A stretch of 64,000 nucleotides of DNA from Octopus vulgaris (Eukaryota), in contig OX597825.1 in NCBI GenBank assembly GCA_951406725.2, forward strand, positions 29,574,001 to 29,638,000, given 5' to 3'. The notes under the pieces were generated by a model. It was given only the letters and a program-made list of their open reading frames with translations. It had not been told where the DNA came from and made no database searches. Positions within the stretch are counted from its first letter, which is position 1, and each line of letters begins with the position of its first letter. The translations under genes and the position numbers were made by a program. Shown here piece by piece: positions 1 through 13,529 of this stretch.

Positions 1-679
1 TAAAATACTTAACAACTGATTCAAAGATACTAACAAGAGAAAGAAAAGAAAAATTAAATTTACATAATTTTTTTTTCTATATATATTTTATTGTATTTCA
101 CTTATTTGAAATAATGGTTTCGCTGAAGTAATAAAATTCCTTTTTTATACCAATTGAAGACAGTTTAATTATAAGTCTTATTAATTTCAAAAATGTAAAA
201 TGTTTATCTTTTATATTATTCTCTTTTCTTTTCATTTTATATTAGATTCTATTGTATTTTATTTGAAAGCTTCCGATTTTATTGCGTGGAAACTATTCTA
301 AACAGTATTATTATTGTACGTAAAAGTAAATGTCGTCTAATGTTTCATAGAAGTCTCCAAAGAGTCAGCGCTTAGCTGTAGCTTCAAAGCACGTAACAGA
401 CAAGAATACATTACTTTCACTCTCTGGCATTGAACCCTCTCTCTTACTGCCTATGTTCGTTCTCAGACATTCTGGTACCTATGATTTGATGTAGTTGGGT
501 GAACTGAGATTATGTAGAATACCATGAATTGCTTAGAAACATGATTAAATACAAGCAGTGACTAAAAAACATAAGACCAATAGCACATACTCCAGTAGTT
601 TATTCACACACACATATATATATATATACAAGGCTGTGTGGTTAATAAATTCACTTTCCAAGAATAATTCTTCCTAGAA

Positions 680-862
680 TAGGCACAAGACCTAACAGTT
701 TGTGCAGAGAGAAATATTCGATTATATCAGCCCCTGTGCTCAATTGATACTTATCTTATTGACCCCAAAAGATAAAAGGCAAAGTTGACCTTGGTGGAAT
801 CTGAACTCAGAACATAAAGGCAGACAAAATGATTTTGGCATGCTGCTGATTCTGCCAGCTTG
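680..862 (-). mobile_element. SINE family C (tRNA-like head, Meta/MESC-like body), degraded copy
   Basis: Matches the 25523-25755 copy: ttgaccccaaaagataaaaggcaaagttgaccttggtggaatctgaactcagaacataaaggcagacaaaat...tctgccagct. Confidence 0.75.
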
Positions 863-1129
863 CAACTTTTCCAAGGATAATAGTCATACTCTTCTAATCT
901 TGTTTTCAGTACTAATACTAAGAATGAAAGCAGACATCACCTATAAAATAAATTTGACAGTAATTGCTGAAATTGGCACAAGGCTTCAAAAAGGACAAAT
1001 GGTAAATTTGACCTTGGGTCATTTTCTGAACCCTAAGCCAAATCAAGTATGGTAGGGCATTTTTTCGTATAACAATCCTGCTAATCATCTGCATTAAATC
1101 TATTTAACAACAATTGCTTCTAAAAAATA

Positions 1130-1735
1130 CAATGCCAGATATTTGGAATGGTAAGTTTAGAAATTGAATCAACCCCAATGCTTGAATGGTACTTTATTTT
1201 ATTGGCAATGGAAGGATGAAAGATAAGGTTGGCTTTGGTTGGATTTCAACTCATAAGGTAAAAAACTAAATCAAATACCACAAGGCATTTTTTTTCATGC
1301 TATATCTTTGGATGGAAGAGTTAGTTAGTTAAACCAATCTCAGTACTTGGCTGATACTTTATTCGGTTGACCCAGGAGGATGAAAGGTAATGTTAGCCTC
1401 ACTTTGATTTGAACTCAGAACATAAAGAACCAAATGAAATACTGCAAGGCATTTTTTCTGATGCCATAATGATCCTACCAGTCCTCTGCCTTAAATCTCT
1501 TTTATAATAAATGTTTAATTATTTCTTACATAATCACAAATCCAGACATTTGAAGAGATGAATTAGTTGATAAAATCAACCTTAATATTCAGTCTGTACT
1601 TGATTTGTATTGACTCTAGAAATATGAAAAGCAGAGATGAACCCAGTGAGATTTTGAAAGCATATTCAGCTAGAACAAACACCATATGACATTTTGTCCA
1701 CCAGCCTAACGATTTTGCCAATCCATCACCTTGAT
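1130..1735 (-). mobile_element. Cluster of about three degraded family-C SINE copies
   Basis: Repeated variants of tacttt..ttgaccc..ggatgaaagg..tttgaactcagaac..aaatac..aaggcattt at about 1180-1290, 1340-1495 and 1590-1735. Confidence 0.65.
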
Positions 1736-2282
1736 CTGCCTTTTTGTTAATGGATATATTCTAGTTCTTTTCAAATGATTGCATTTAAACTGCTCCTAAG
1801 TGTTTATGATAATACTGAAATCAAGTCAGATTATTCCTTTATGTTCCTCTGTCCATTATTGTATATAGAATAGGAATTAACTGCCCTTTCTTTCAATGTT
1901 TAAAGGCTGATATTTATTAACAGAACTCTCGTTGTTCATATTGGCAGTTAGACAGCCCAGCAAATAGATTAGATCAAATATGGTATATAAACATTTAAGG
2001 AATCCAATTAAAAATAAAGCAAAAACAAAAGCAAAAGAAAAAAAAAGAACCAAAATTATAAAAAAAAAAACAGACCTTACAGATAAACGTACAATAACTT
2101 CATTCATTGCACTTGTTCCATGTTTGGCATCAGTCAGTTTTTATAACTATTATGCTCTCACATTTCTTTTCTATTTGTTAATTTCATTGTCATATTTGTT
2201 TGAGACCAAATATTTATGACTTGATGCCTTTCCTATTGCCTATTGTTATGGTATAATATAAAAAAAATTTTCTATTTGTTTA

Positions 2283-2341
2283 CACTTGTCTTTTTTTGCA
2301 TTTTTTGGCACTTGTCTTTTTTTGCATTTTTTGGCACTTGT
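2283..2341. repeat. Perfect 26-bp tandem duplication (2.3 copies)
   Basis: cacttgtctttttttgcattttttgg at 2283 and 2309, partial at 2335. Confidence 0.85.
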
Positions 2342-2751
2342 TCCAAAATTATTTGCTTGCAGAAGCCCCTCTTCTCTCTGCTTCTGTCTTTGCCTCTCTC
2401 CTCCCCATCTCTCTCTCTTTCTCTCTTTCTTTCGCTCTTTCTCTCTCTTATCAGTAAAATTCTATCAAAGTGTTGGATATATGTGTGAATCAACTCAATA
2501 ACTTTCTGGCTATTAAGTTTCATTTATTTGGTTGAGTTGGTTGACACCTCCCCATTCTAATGCCTTTGAACTGAGGCAAAAAAAAGAACCCCCCAAAAAC
2601 AGTAAAAACAACGACAACAACATCAACAAAGACCCTGCTATTATTACCCCATTAGAACTAACTGCTGTTAAAGAAAGATTATTGTATATCAACAGATATT
2701 ATTCCAGAAATATGGTAAAAAGACAGTCTTTCGTATTAAACCGTTGTTGAA

Positions 2752-3005
2752 GATGATTACGATGAGGATGATGGTAACGATGATAGTGATGATGATGATG
2801 AGGAGGAGGATGAGGATGTGGATGATGGTAACGATGATAGTGATGATGATGATGATGATGATGATTATGATGAGGTTGATGGTAACGATGATAGTGATGA
2901 TGATGATGATAATGATGATTATGATGAGGACGATGGTAACGATGATAGTGATGATGATGGTGATGATGATGATAATTAGGATGAGGATGATGGTAACGAT
3001 GATAG

Positions 3006-3056
<51 letters not shown>

Positions 3057-3270
3057 CGATGATAACAATAACGATGACAATGATGAAGGTGATGATGATG
3101 ATGATGATGATAGCAATAACGATGACAATGATGAGGGTGATGATGGCGCTGATGAGGATGATGTCAATGAAGTTGATGAAAATGATGATGTTGTTGATGA
3201 TAAGGATGATGATGAGGATGAGGACAACGATAATGTTGTTGATGATGATGATGATAAGGAGGAGGAGGAT
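2752..3270. repeat. (GAT)n-derived cryptic repeat with a 54-bp higher-order unit
   Basis: ggtaacgatgatagtg recurs at 2773, 2827, 2881, 2935 and 2992 (periods 54, 54, 54, 57). Confidence 0.9.
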
Positions 3271-3771
3271 TTACTCGTTTATTTCTCCAAACACATGGTC
3301 ATCAAGAGAAGAGACAGTGGTAGCAGTCTAAAAGCAGCAAAAGCATTTCATTACCTTCGTAGTTAATGCTACTTAGAATAGAAACTTCTTTTATAACCTG
3401 ATATGAAATTCACATCCTTGAAAATCGTTTGATCTTCACAGTATAATAGGTTTTGTTTTCTCCGTCTATTTCGCCAAATTTTCTCTCAGATATGGAACAT
3501 TAAGCAAGTACATTTAATATTAAAGTCCTGTTCTCTAATACCTAATTTAGTTGTCCAGTAATGTACAAAGTGAACTAAGGGGGTTATTATATGTTGACCA
3601 CCAAATATTCTCCTATCTTTGAAAACACCAACCATGTGTTGCACATTCTAAATCATTATACAATATACACACACCACAATAAGCTTGTGGCACCCGTTAC
3701 TAGGGATGTTGGTAAGGGATTCTTTTAATCAGGGTCTCCTGAAGAAATGTTAACGACATCATTGCAACTGC

Positions 3772-4293
3772 TACTCTTTTATTGGTTTCTGTCATATGAC
3801 TGTGGCCATAATGGAACACCACCTTTAGTCAAGCAAATCGACCCCAAGACTTATTTTTTGTAAGCCTAGTAGTTATTCTATCAGTCTCTTTTGCCGAACC
3901 ACTAAGTTACGGGGACATAAACACATCAGCATCGGTTTTCAAGTGATGTTGGGGGGACAAACAGAGACACACAAAGATTTACACACACACATACATATAT
4001 ATATATGCCGACCAAAGCCTTGTGACTGGATTTGGTAGATGGAAACTGAAAGAAGCCCATCCTATATATGTCATCATCATCATCATCAAGCGGACGTTAA
4101 ACGATGATGATGATGATGATGATGACATATATACGATGGGTTCTTTCAGTTTCCATCTACCAAATCCAGTCACAAGGCTTTGGTCGGCCTGAGGCTATGG
4201 TAGAAGACACTTGCTCAAGGTGCCAAGCAGTGTGACTGAACCCAGAACCATGTGGCTGGTAAGCAAGCTACTTGCCACACAGCCACACCTACT
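3772..4293 (-). mobile_element. SINE family A (tRNA-derived), near full length, with an internal fold-back insertion
   Basis: Reverse complement of the 30486-30890 and 53254-53670 copies; tRNA-like head at about 4225-4290; interrupted at 4007-4125. Confidence 0.9.
4007..4188. repeat. About 81-bp near-perfect inverted repeat around a 15-nt family-D 3' end plus (GAT)n
   Basis: Left arm 4007-4087 and right arm about 4107-4188 differ by one substitution and one 1-nt indel; spacer aagcggacgttaaac. Confidence 0.9.
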
Positions 4294-4354
4294 AATAAAA
4301 ATATTTTTAAATTCAAAAGATGGGATGATATGTTTAGGAAATATTGAAACCTTA

Positions 4355-4577
4355 TTGCATAATTCTTTCTACTCCAGGCACAAGGCCTGAAATTCTATGG
4401 GATGGGGCTAGCCAATTAAATCAATCCCAGTGCTCAACTAGTACTTATTTCATCGACCCAGGAAGGATGAAGGACAAAGTCAACTGCTGTGCATCTGAAC
4501 TAGAATATAAAGCTGGAAAAATGGTTCTAAGTATTTTGTTTTGGCACAATAACGATTCTTCCAGTTCGTTACCTTAC
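4355..4577 (-). mobile_element. SINE family C, degraded
   Basis: ggcacaaggcctgaaatt...gtacttatttcatcgacccaggaaggatgaaggacaaagtcaac...aacgattcttccagttcgttacctt. Confidence 0.7.
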
Positions 4578-6340
4578 ATATATAAGTTTCCGTGCTCTGG
4601 CTGTGGCTGAGCATACAAATATATAAAATGTGTTTTTTTTATTTGTAAGTTTATCCTTCAAGAGAATATAAATGACAATTATTTCCAAAATATTGTGCCA
4701 CCTGAACATTATCATTATATGCCTTACAATATACTAACCTTTGCTATTTTGAGCTTTAAACTTCCTATAAGCCATGCCAATCATGTTCATTTCCTATTTC
4801 CTTCACCTTTCTGATGCAACTGGATCCTTGCCATGCAGGTTAAAGGTAATACCTTTACTCTTCAAGAAAAGAAAGACATGAATGCTTGATAGACATTTTT
4901 GTTTATTGGCTGATCAGAGTAACCAGTCAGTGAACATACCCTATCATCATAGCTCTCCTTTGTTGTAAGACATGTTAAAGATAAGATATCACACAGATGA
5001 AAATTTGGATAATATTCTATAATGGAAGACTAACAGTCACATATATATATCGTTCTCTTCAACCACACACAAGCACATGTAAACACACATATAGACACAC
5101 ATACATGTTCTTGCAATTATATATGATAGAATATAGCATTTGCCTCTTCAATTTGACCTAGTTGCATTTATGTAATATTTCAGATTGAAGTGTCTGGCTA
5201 AGAAAAGTGTTTGCACTTTTTCAAATTTAATCATTCAGCTGTCCTTTCTGTCCATTTTTAGCTTCCTCTCAGCTATGGAACATTTATCCATAGGTGAATA
5301 AATAAATGTTCATCTTTTTAACCTTGTATCTGACCCTCACATTTAATGTCCACTTGAAGAAAATTTTTTTTTCGTCTACTTTAACTTCTAGAACTCCAAA
5401 TGCAGCATCAATACCATCATCAAACTACTAGTTGATTCTCAGAGAAATTTCTTTGATAAACTTTTCGCTACAGTGTCGCTCATTCGCTTTGACTTTTAGT
5501 GACATGAAAATTAGCCAATGATTAGTGGTGTTTCTTATTCTTTAAGATCATACTTACACAAATTTAATTTGTTTTATGGGAACGAAGAAGACAGGAAATT
5601 AAAATTTAGATATGCATGAAGTCTTTATAGGTCGGTGATCATTATAAATATAAGATGTAACATCCTTCTTAGTTTCCAATCAGCAATAATTTGTGAGCAT
5701 GAGTGTTTGTATTGGAGAAAATTTTAACTACTTCCATATATTACAGTTTCTGTGAGTATGAACATATTTCATAAATGATAGAACATATGCAGAAACTTTC
5801 ACAACAAAGTGGTATATTTTAGAAAATTTATATCTGAAAGTAAATGGGAAGTAGCTAATGGCTTAGGCAATTTCTGTATAAAACATCATTGCTTTATTGT
5901 ATTGCCAGGCTTCCTGTTGTAAAATCTTTCTAAATTTGAAGTATCTCACAAGTTTTCATAGATGTGTCAGAATAAAAGGAGACGTAGAACTGCAGTGTTT
6001 CATTGTATCTGTTATATCAAATGAACTACCGAGTAATCCGAAAGTATTCTAACTGGTTATTGTTGTTATATGAGGCCCACGTAGGGTAGAGTGTTTAAGA
6101 AGATCTCTTTGCAATTATAGGGTGCCAGGTTCGATCTAACTGCTGGGCATCTGGCCCAAAATTCTTCTACTATTGTCTTGAGCTGATCTATGACTGCAAG
6201 GCATGTGTGTATGTATGTGTGTGTATATAAGTGTGTGTATGCAAGTGAGAGAGAGAGAGATGGTATATAATTTTATTCTAAAAGTTAATATTAGAATTAA
6301 CCAACAAATTGGAATTGCTTATCAGCCAAACAGACTATAT

Positions 6341-6408
<68 letters not shown>

Positions 6409-6437
6409 ATGTTTTTCCTTCTTTTGGACTTTCCTCT

Positions 6438-6472
6438 ATTTCTGACGAAGAGCTTGGCTCGAAACGTTAAAT
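6438..6472 (+). ncRNA. Minimal type-I hammerhead ribozyme motif (Penelope-associated type)
   Basis: ATTT-CTGACGA-A-GAGC(TTG)GCTC-GAAA-CG-TT-AAAT: intact core boxes, 4-bp stem II, palindromic stem III ACGT, 4-bp stem I; predicted cut after 6468. Confidence 0.65.
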
Positions 6473-6572
6473 CCTCTTACCTTCCTTTACTGAGTGTCTG
6501 ATAATACAGTACTTTGTACCACGTCCTCGCATTTTTTGTTTGTTTTTCTTGCTTGTTCTTCTTTGTTTGGAT

Positions 6573-6633
<61 letters not shown>

Positions 6634-6666
6634 ATGTATATAGATATATAGATATAGATATATATG

Positions 6667-6697
<31 letters not shown>

Positions 6698-7809
6698 TTA
6701 TATATAGATATATATATATATATATATATATATACATTAAAAATGGAGAATGCCTATTTATGGGATTACCTTAAGTTTCCCATCCATAAAGAGTTTAGCT
6801 TTATGGCATATCTTTTTTTTATCCGTTTTCTAAATACGAAGGATACACACACACACATATATATACATACAAATATACTCATTAATATCAACATATCAAT
6901 ATTTTTAAAAATCTTTCTTTTCCTGTTCTTATTGATGAATGTATTTCAAGTTTTTTGATTTTCTTGCACTTTAGTGAAATAACAAACATTATATATTATT
7001 TTTTTTTGAGCTTTTGCTCTTAACATATTTATATAATCGATTGCTATAACACTTTATCATTCTGATATCATTATTTAAATGTTTATATAATAGGTTTTTG
7101 TTCAGAATATAAGAGTATATTTCAGCATCCAATGTTATTATATATTTTTTCCCATGAATCTATTTCAACCAGATAGAGTGCATGTTCTTTAGTTTATTTC
7201 TCTTTTTCTTTTCCTTCCATCATGCTTTCTTCTTTCATCTGATTAAAACTGCAAATGGCTAAATTATAAGAATGTTTTCAGCACATATAAAGTACTATAA
7301 ATTGGGTTATGGAATCAGAATAAATCTTCATCAAATGTTCTAAGGCCATTTTTCATGCTTAATGCAAAAAAGTTAACCTTGTACTTCCCATGAAAACCCA
7401 ATCATGTTTGACATAATCCTCATACCTCTTCTGTTGTCAACCAATTTTCTCATTTCTTTCAGTACCCTAGTATACAGGGTACCTATATAAAAGCCAAGAT
7501 ATACCAGGTGATGAATCCATATGGATAATATGCATCTTTAACTTAATACTCACAGTAATGTATTATTGTAGTTTACCGTAAAGTAATTTCTTCTGCTGGT
7601 GGCTTCCTTTTGATTAGGTTTGGTGATGCAATAAAACATTGCCTGTTTCCCATGACAGATAGAACATATTAAGAACCAGGCTCCAGACTGACTTTGAAAA
7701 TCAGGGGATATTGGGTAAATCTCAATTCTGGGAAAAATCCCTGTTGCTTTTACTTCTAAGTTTCATTAGAGTGTTTCACTTTAGTGATATGAGTATATAG
7801 TTAATAATA

Positions 7810-8465
7810 CTTTCTAATTTTGACACAAATACAGATATTTTGAGGGGAGGGGAAGTTGATTACATGGACTCCAGTGTTTGACAGACACATTTTTTATTGA
7901 CCCTGAAAGGATAAAAGACATAATATAATCAACCAAGGTGGAATTTGAACTCAAAACGTGAAGAGCTAGAGTAACTGCTACTAAGCATTTTGACCAAAAC
8001 AGTAATAATTCTACGTGTTCACCACAATTTAATGATCCTCTCTTCTACAAGCACAAGACCTGATATTTCGATGGGAGGAGGAAGCCGACGTCATTGATCC
8101 CACTAGCTTTATCTTATTGAACCTGAAATGTTGAATGGTTTCATTAACCCCTTCGTTACTGTACTTATTTTGAGATGCTCTGTGTTTCTTTCAATAAATT
8201 TTAAATATAACAAAGAATTTAGTAAAATAACTTAGGTATCATTAAGCTAGTGTTAGGAACATAAATTGTGACTAAGGTTTGATGGAAGATTTTAATTCAA
8301 AACTTATGAAAACAAGACATGTGTACTCAGAGAAAGAGCCGGTTTCAGCTGGGTTGGTAACGAAAGGGTTAACCTTGGTAACATGAACTCAGAATGTAAA
8401 ACCACAAGAAATGCTGCTTGGGCATCTTGTTCAGCATGCTAATGATTCTGACAGCTTGCTGCCTC
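7810..8465 (-). mobile_element. Two degraded family-C SINEs, the second split by a piggyBac-like MITE
   Basis: ttgaccctgaaaggataaaag..gtggaatttgaactcaaaacg (7898-7960); the second copy resumes after 8372 with tgaactcagaatgtaaa..gctaatgattctgacagcttgctgcct. Confidence 0.7.
8148..8368. mobile_element. piggyBac-like non-autonomous DNA transposon (MITE), 221 bp
   Basis: TTAA on both flanks (8144-8147, 8369-8372); termini CCCCTTCGTTAC and GTAACGAAAGGG are 11/12 complementary; CCC...GGG ends. Confidence 0.85.
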
Positions 8466-8644
8466 ATATAAATTAATGATATAAGTTAATGATAAAGAAG
8501 TCAACTGTTTTGTGTGCTTACTTCCGTCAATGAATTCTCCTTTGTTATGGTTCTTACTACAGCCTGGTGGGTTGATCAATTAAGATTTGTGTCAGCTGTC
8601 TCACGGTCATAACATAGTGTCATCAATTGTAGAAGTGTGGCAGC

Positions 8645-8875
8645 AAATAGCTTAGTGGTTAGGGTACTGCTCTCATTTCATGATTGTAAGATTGCGGTTT
8701 CAATTCCTGGACTGAGTGATGTGTTGTGTTCTTGAGCAAAACACGTCATTTCACACTGTTCCAGTCCATTCAGCTCACAAAAGCGAGTAATCCTGTAACA
8801 GACCAGTGTCCCATCCAAGGAGGAATACATTTGCTACAGAATCCAGAAAACCCACCTTATGAGCCTATGGCCTCT
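8645..8875 (+). mobile_element. SINE family B1, degraded
   Basis: tagcttagtggttaggg..ggtttcaattcctggac..ttcttgagcaaaacac..ccagtccattcagct; homologous to 35229-35486. Confidence 0.75.
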
Positions 8876-9739
8876 TTTTTTCTTTTTTGAATTGTAGGAG
8901 AACCAGAGTCGAGATTGCTTTTAAAAAAGAACCGTGTCTTTGTGATAAATTGTCAGAAGATGAATTTGATTGCCTAGTAACACACAGACATCTTGTCATC
9001 TGGAAATTTCAGAAGGTCATAGGTTGACAGACTTATTTGAATGTCGAATAGAATGCTTCCTGATATTTGTTTGGACCCACTGCATTCTGAGATCAGCCTT
9101 GCTTTTCATCCTTTCGGAGTTGATTAAAAAAAAAAAGAACAGTTTAGGATAGCAGATTGGCAAAATTGTCACAGAATCAAATGAAATGTTTTGCAGTATC
9201 TGTTTCAGTCTATTTTACATGTTGGGTTCAAATTCCCCAACCCTGTTACTGAATCACATTGACACATCTGTCAGGAGTTGTGACTGACAGATAGCAACAG
9301 CAATTTAAAAAAAAAACCCAATGGAACTCCCCATTTCATTTGGGAGATCAACCGCCAAATAACATACGAAATGTTTGTGAATGATTTGTAGTTTTCAAAT
9401 GAAAGAAGGTTTAATTGGAATTCAATTTTAAGCTGCATTGTTGATTCCTAATTGATAGCCTCTTATATGGGCAAATTTCTCCTTTTTTATTTTGGTTTTG
9501 GATTAAATCCAGGATTCTATTAGAAGTCAGCAGCTGCTAACATCTGTATGGTAATAATAATAACCTAAAGATCTTGAAATTCTTCAGGTTCACATAATAG
9601 ATGAATTACTTTAGCTTTAAGTAATTTCAAAAGATTTACCAATTCAAGTATGCCTTAAGTAAAACACATCTCATATAAGTATGAATAGTGAAACCATGGA
9701 AATCAGATTACAAGTTCACTTCAAATATTGTATTCACAT

Positions 9740-10500
<761 letters not shown>

Positions 10501-11021
10501 CACATCACCATTTATTTATTAAAGAGCTTCTTTGCACAGAGTGATTCAATTTATTTTGATTCCTCATTAATTATCAAAATGAACGGTTGATGTAAGTTCA
10601 ACAGGTTTCCAAAGCTACACATCTCAAAACTTTTAACTGTTTTGTCATTTGTGAGATCTATAATTTGAAGGAACAACAATCTATCATTCTAGTTTCAAAG
10701 ACAGTAAATGTCTAATTTTTCCTTTTTTCGTTTAATCCTATAATACCACTGGTAAATGAATACATATTTGGCAGATATACTTGAATTAAAGTCAGTTTCA
10801 AACTGCTTATTAGTTTGGCAATGGATTTCTTTTGCAGGATTAACGGCATTACATTAATTATTTCCATTGTTGGTTTAAATTCTTCAAAGAATATGAAAAA
10901 ATTAGAAGAAAGAAATGGCATGCCAGAAGGTAGATCAGAACAATGCTTTATCTAATGCTATATTCTTCTGAGTTTATATCTGTTAATTCTATTCCGACAT
11001 AACGACAATTCTGTTTGAGAG

Positions 11022-11360
11022 AATTTAAAATCTTTGAGAGCAAGCAGTGCACATCACCTCCAAATGTTTGTACATACAGAATGATACTGTAATGTACATA
11101 ATTTAATTCATTAAATTACAAGAATTTTATTTAAATTGATGACGTTAAGTTTAGAAGATTATGCATACATACATACATACATATGCATATACATATATAA
11201 ATTTAAATCTTTGAGAGATAGCGGTATACATCTCTTCCCAATGTGTGTAAATGTATAGAATGATAGCGTAATTTATTTCGTTAAATTACTAAAACTTTAT
11301 TTAATTGGTGTCAACAAATTAAAAAAATACCAGACAAAAACATACATACATATATATAAA
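11022..11360. repeat. Diverged tandem duplication, period about 178 bp
   Basis: aatttaaa(a)tctttgagag..catc..aatg..agaatgata..gtaat..ttaaattac..tttattta at 11022 and 11200, each followed by CATA/TA repeats. Confidence 0.75.
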
Positions 11361-11452
11361 AAAATGTGTTAAGAGTGTTCAGTGTAATGAAGTTATCTCT
11401 CATCCTCTAACCTTCTCTCTCATCCTCTCCCAGTCTCCCTCTCTCTATATCA

Positions 11453-11483
<31 letters not shown>

Positions 11484-11489
11484 CACGCA

Positions 11490-11995
11490 TTGGGTTACCT
11501 CATAAATAATTGCAGAAATTAAAAGTCAGAGGGGGATGAGATAAAGTACCTGCATCAACTTGCTATAAAAGCAGGTAGTGATTTTACCTTGTGCTTATTT
11601 TTAGTACAAGTTTTGAAGAGTGCAGTTCGATTTTAGTAGTTATTTTTGCAAAGCTATAATGGACGTGACAAAGGAGCATATTCGGCATATTTTGCTTTAT
11701 AAGTTCAATAAAAGCAACAATGCAATGGAAAGTGCAAGAAATATTAATGCAGTATATGGGGATCAGACAATAAGCATAAACCAGTGTCAACGGTGGTTCC
11801 AAAAATTCCAAACTTGAAACTACAGCTAGAAGACAAGCTTCATCTTAGGAGATCTGTAGAACTCGATGAGGATGTCCTGCAAACGCTGGTGGAACAAAAT
11901 CCCAATGTAACTAGGGGAGAAGCTTGGATTTGGTCATTCAACCGTTCATCAGCATCTGTGTGCCATCAGAAAAGTCAGCAAATTGGGTCAATGGG
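11490..11995 (+). pseudogene. mariner transposon 5' fragment: TIR, 5' UTR and disrupted N-terminal HTH domain of the transposase
   Basis: TIR-like ttgggttacctcataaataattgc; ATG 11659 gives MDVTKEHIRHILLYKF...AVYGDQTISINQCQRWFQKF, then stop/frameshifts, LDEDVLQTLVEQNP and KLGFGHSTVHQHL..KVSKLGQW, breaking at the WVPHEL motif. Confidence 0.9.
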
Positions 11996-12023
11996 AGACA
12001 CAGGCACTCAAGCGTAGACACAC

Positions 12024-12064
<41 letters not shown>

Positions 12065-12100
12065 TACATATATGTGCGTGTGTATGTGCGTGTGCGCATG

Positions 12101-12385
12101 TGTGTGACCTAGTAGTTAGAATGTTGCACTCACAATCAGGTGATTGTGCTTTCAATTCCTACGCCAGGTAGTGGATTGTGTTCTTAAGCAAAGCTTTCCA
12201 TCTTACATTACTCTGTGATCACTTTGACACTGACATGTGGCACACCATGTCCTGTATGGGCAACATCGATTTCATGGAGGCCATGGGCTAATGCATAGCA
12301 CAGTCATTTGATCACTATAAACAAGACATTTGTGCGAGTTGTTCACGAAAGGCAGAACACTCGTAAATCATCTTCAACTGAAGAA
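12101..12385 (+). mobile_element. SINE family B3 (B-type head and core, different tail), degraded
   Basis: tagtagttagaatgttgcactcacaatc..ttcttaagcaaagc..ctgacatgtggcac..tttgatcactataaacaa; homologous to 36745-37030. Confidence 0.7.
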
Positions 12386-12995
12386 AACATTTTTCCAAAG
12401 TGTCATGCAATTGAACTGAACCTGAAATCACAAGGTTGAGAAGCAAACGTCTTTAACCACACGGCCAAATGTAAAAAATTAGAACAATAGAATCCAGTAA
12501 TGCAAAAATAAATAAACTAAAGTAAATAAAAACTAACAAAAATCTTGCAAAGAATTTGTTCCATTTAACCAAAACTACACCATCAGAAAGAAAATATCAC
12601 AACAAACATGGCAGCCAAAATATTTCTTTTTGTGAATGTGAATCCAAATAGACTGTGAATGGGGTTGAATAGTTTATTACAAATTCAAGAAGTGGTTTAT
12701 AAACAAGTTTATTTTCTGTAATATACAAACAATTTTGTATCTAAATTTGCTTTCAGCAATAACAAATAATCATTTAAAAGAAAACATAATTTGTCATACA
12801 AGAAAAATAGCATTAACATTGGAATTTTTAGCTTTAGCTCCTTCAGGATATAGTTTATTTTATTCTACAAATATTATTTAAGAGAGAAATTATTATTAAA
12901 CTAAAAATATGATTTTTGTCATTCTATCACAATTGAGCTGTAAAAGACTATTTTCTTCATAACTACCTCATAAAGTATTTAATTGTTTCTATTTT

Positions 12996-13490
12996 ATTGG
13001 GCTGGCCAAAAAGTGTGTTTGGTTTATTTTTAAGCAAAAATAAGACACAAGTCTTAAAAACTGAAGTGATTTACTCAGTCAATGATATAATTACTGTCTT
13101 GTTTCAGTATCTTTTGCCATCTTGCAGATCCATTTATTCCTTGTTCAAAGGATTTTCTGTTTTGCTGGCAAAAAACTCTTCTAGGTGAATTTTACATCCT
13201 CTTCAGAATTGAAGGTCTGTCAATTCAATGAATTTCGAAGAGACTGAAACAGGTGGAAATCTGAAGGTGCAAGGTCAGGAAAATAGGAAGGGTGTGGCCA
13301 AACTTATCAGCCAAGCCCCAATAACTACTGCTACACCTGAAAAGAAGAGTATTGTAGTGATGAAGGATTTAGTAAGTGCTGGATACCTCTGGTGAATTGT
13401 TACATTTAATTTGTTCAGCTGGTCTTGGTACACAAATTGATGGTCCTATCTGTGGGAAGAGGCTTATAAAAGCCAACATCCTTCCAATCT
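12996..13490 (-). pseudogene. mariner transposon 3' fragment: catalytic-domain remnant and 3' TIR
   Basis: Minus strand reads DWKDVGF..LPTDRTI, LHHYN, PHPSYFPDLAPSDFHLFQSLRNSL and RWQKILKQDSNYIID*; terminus TA-ttgggctggccaaaaagt. Confidence 0.9.
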
Positions 13491-13529
13491 GTGATTGTGT
13501 TGACCTGTTGAGCTAAGTGAGACTGTAGT

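Noticed and set aside
2740-3366. Long Asp-rich open frame (and the 195-aa Met-rich ORF) resembling acidic biomineralisation proteins
   Set aside because: Open only because (GAT)n lacks stops in two frames; the Asp frame has a stop at 2737, no upstream ATG and no signal peptide; similar tracts are retroposon tails elsewhere in the window.
9266-9292. 9-bp hairpin atctgtcag/ctgacagat as a pre-miRNA
   Set aside because: The stem is too short and its extension needs a large bulge.
11490-13490. Single mariner element spanning both transposase fragments
   Set aside because: The fragments are on opposite strands with different termini, so they are two independent remnants.
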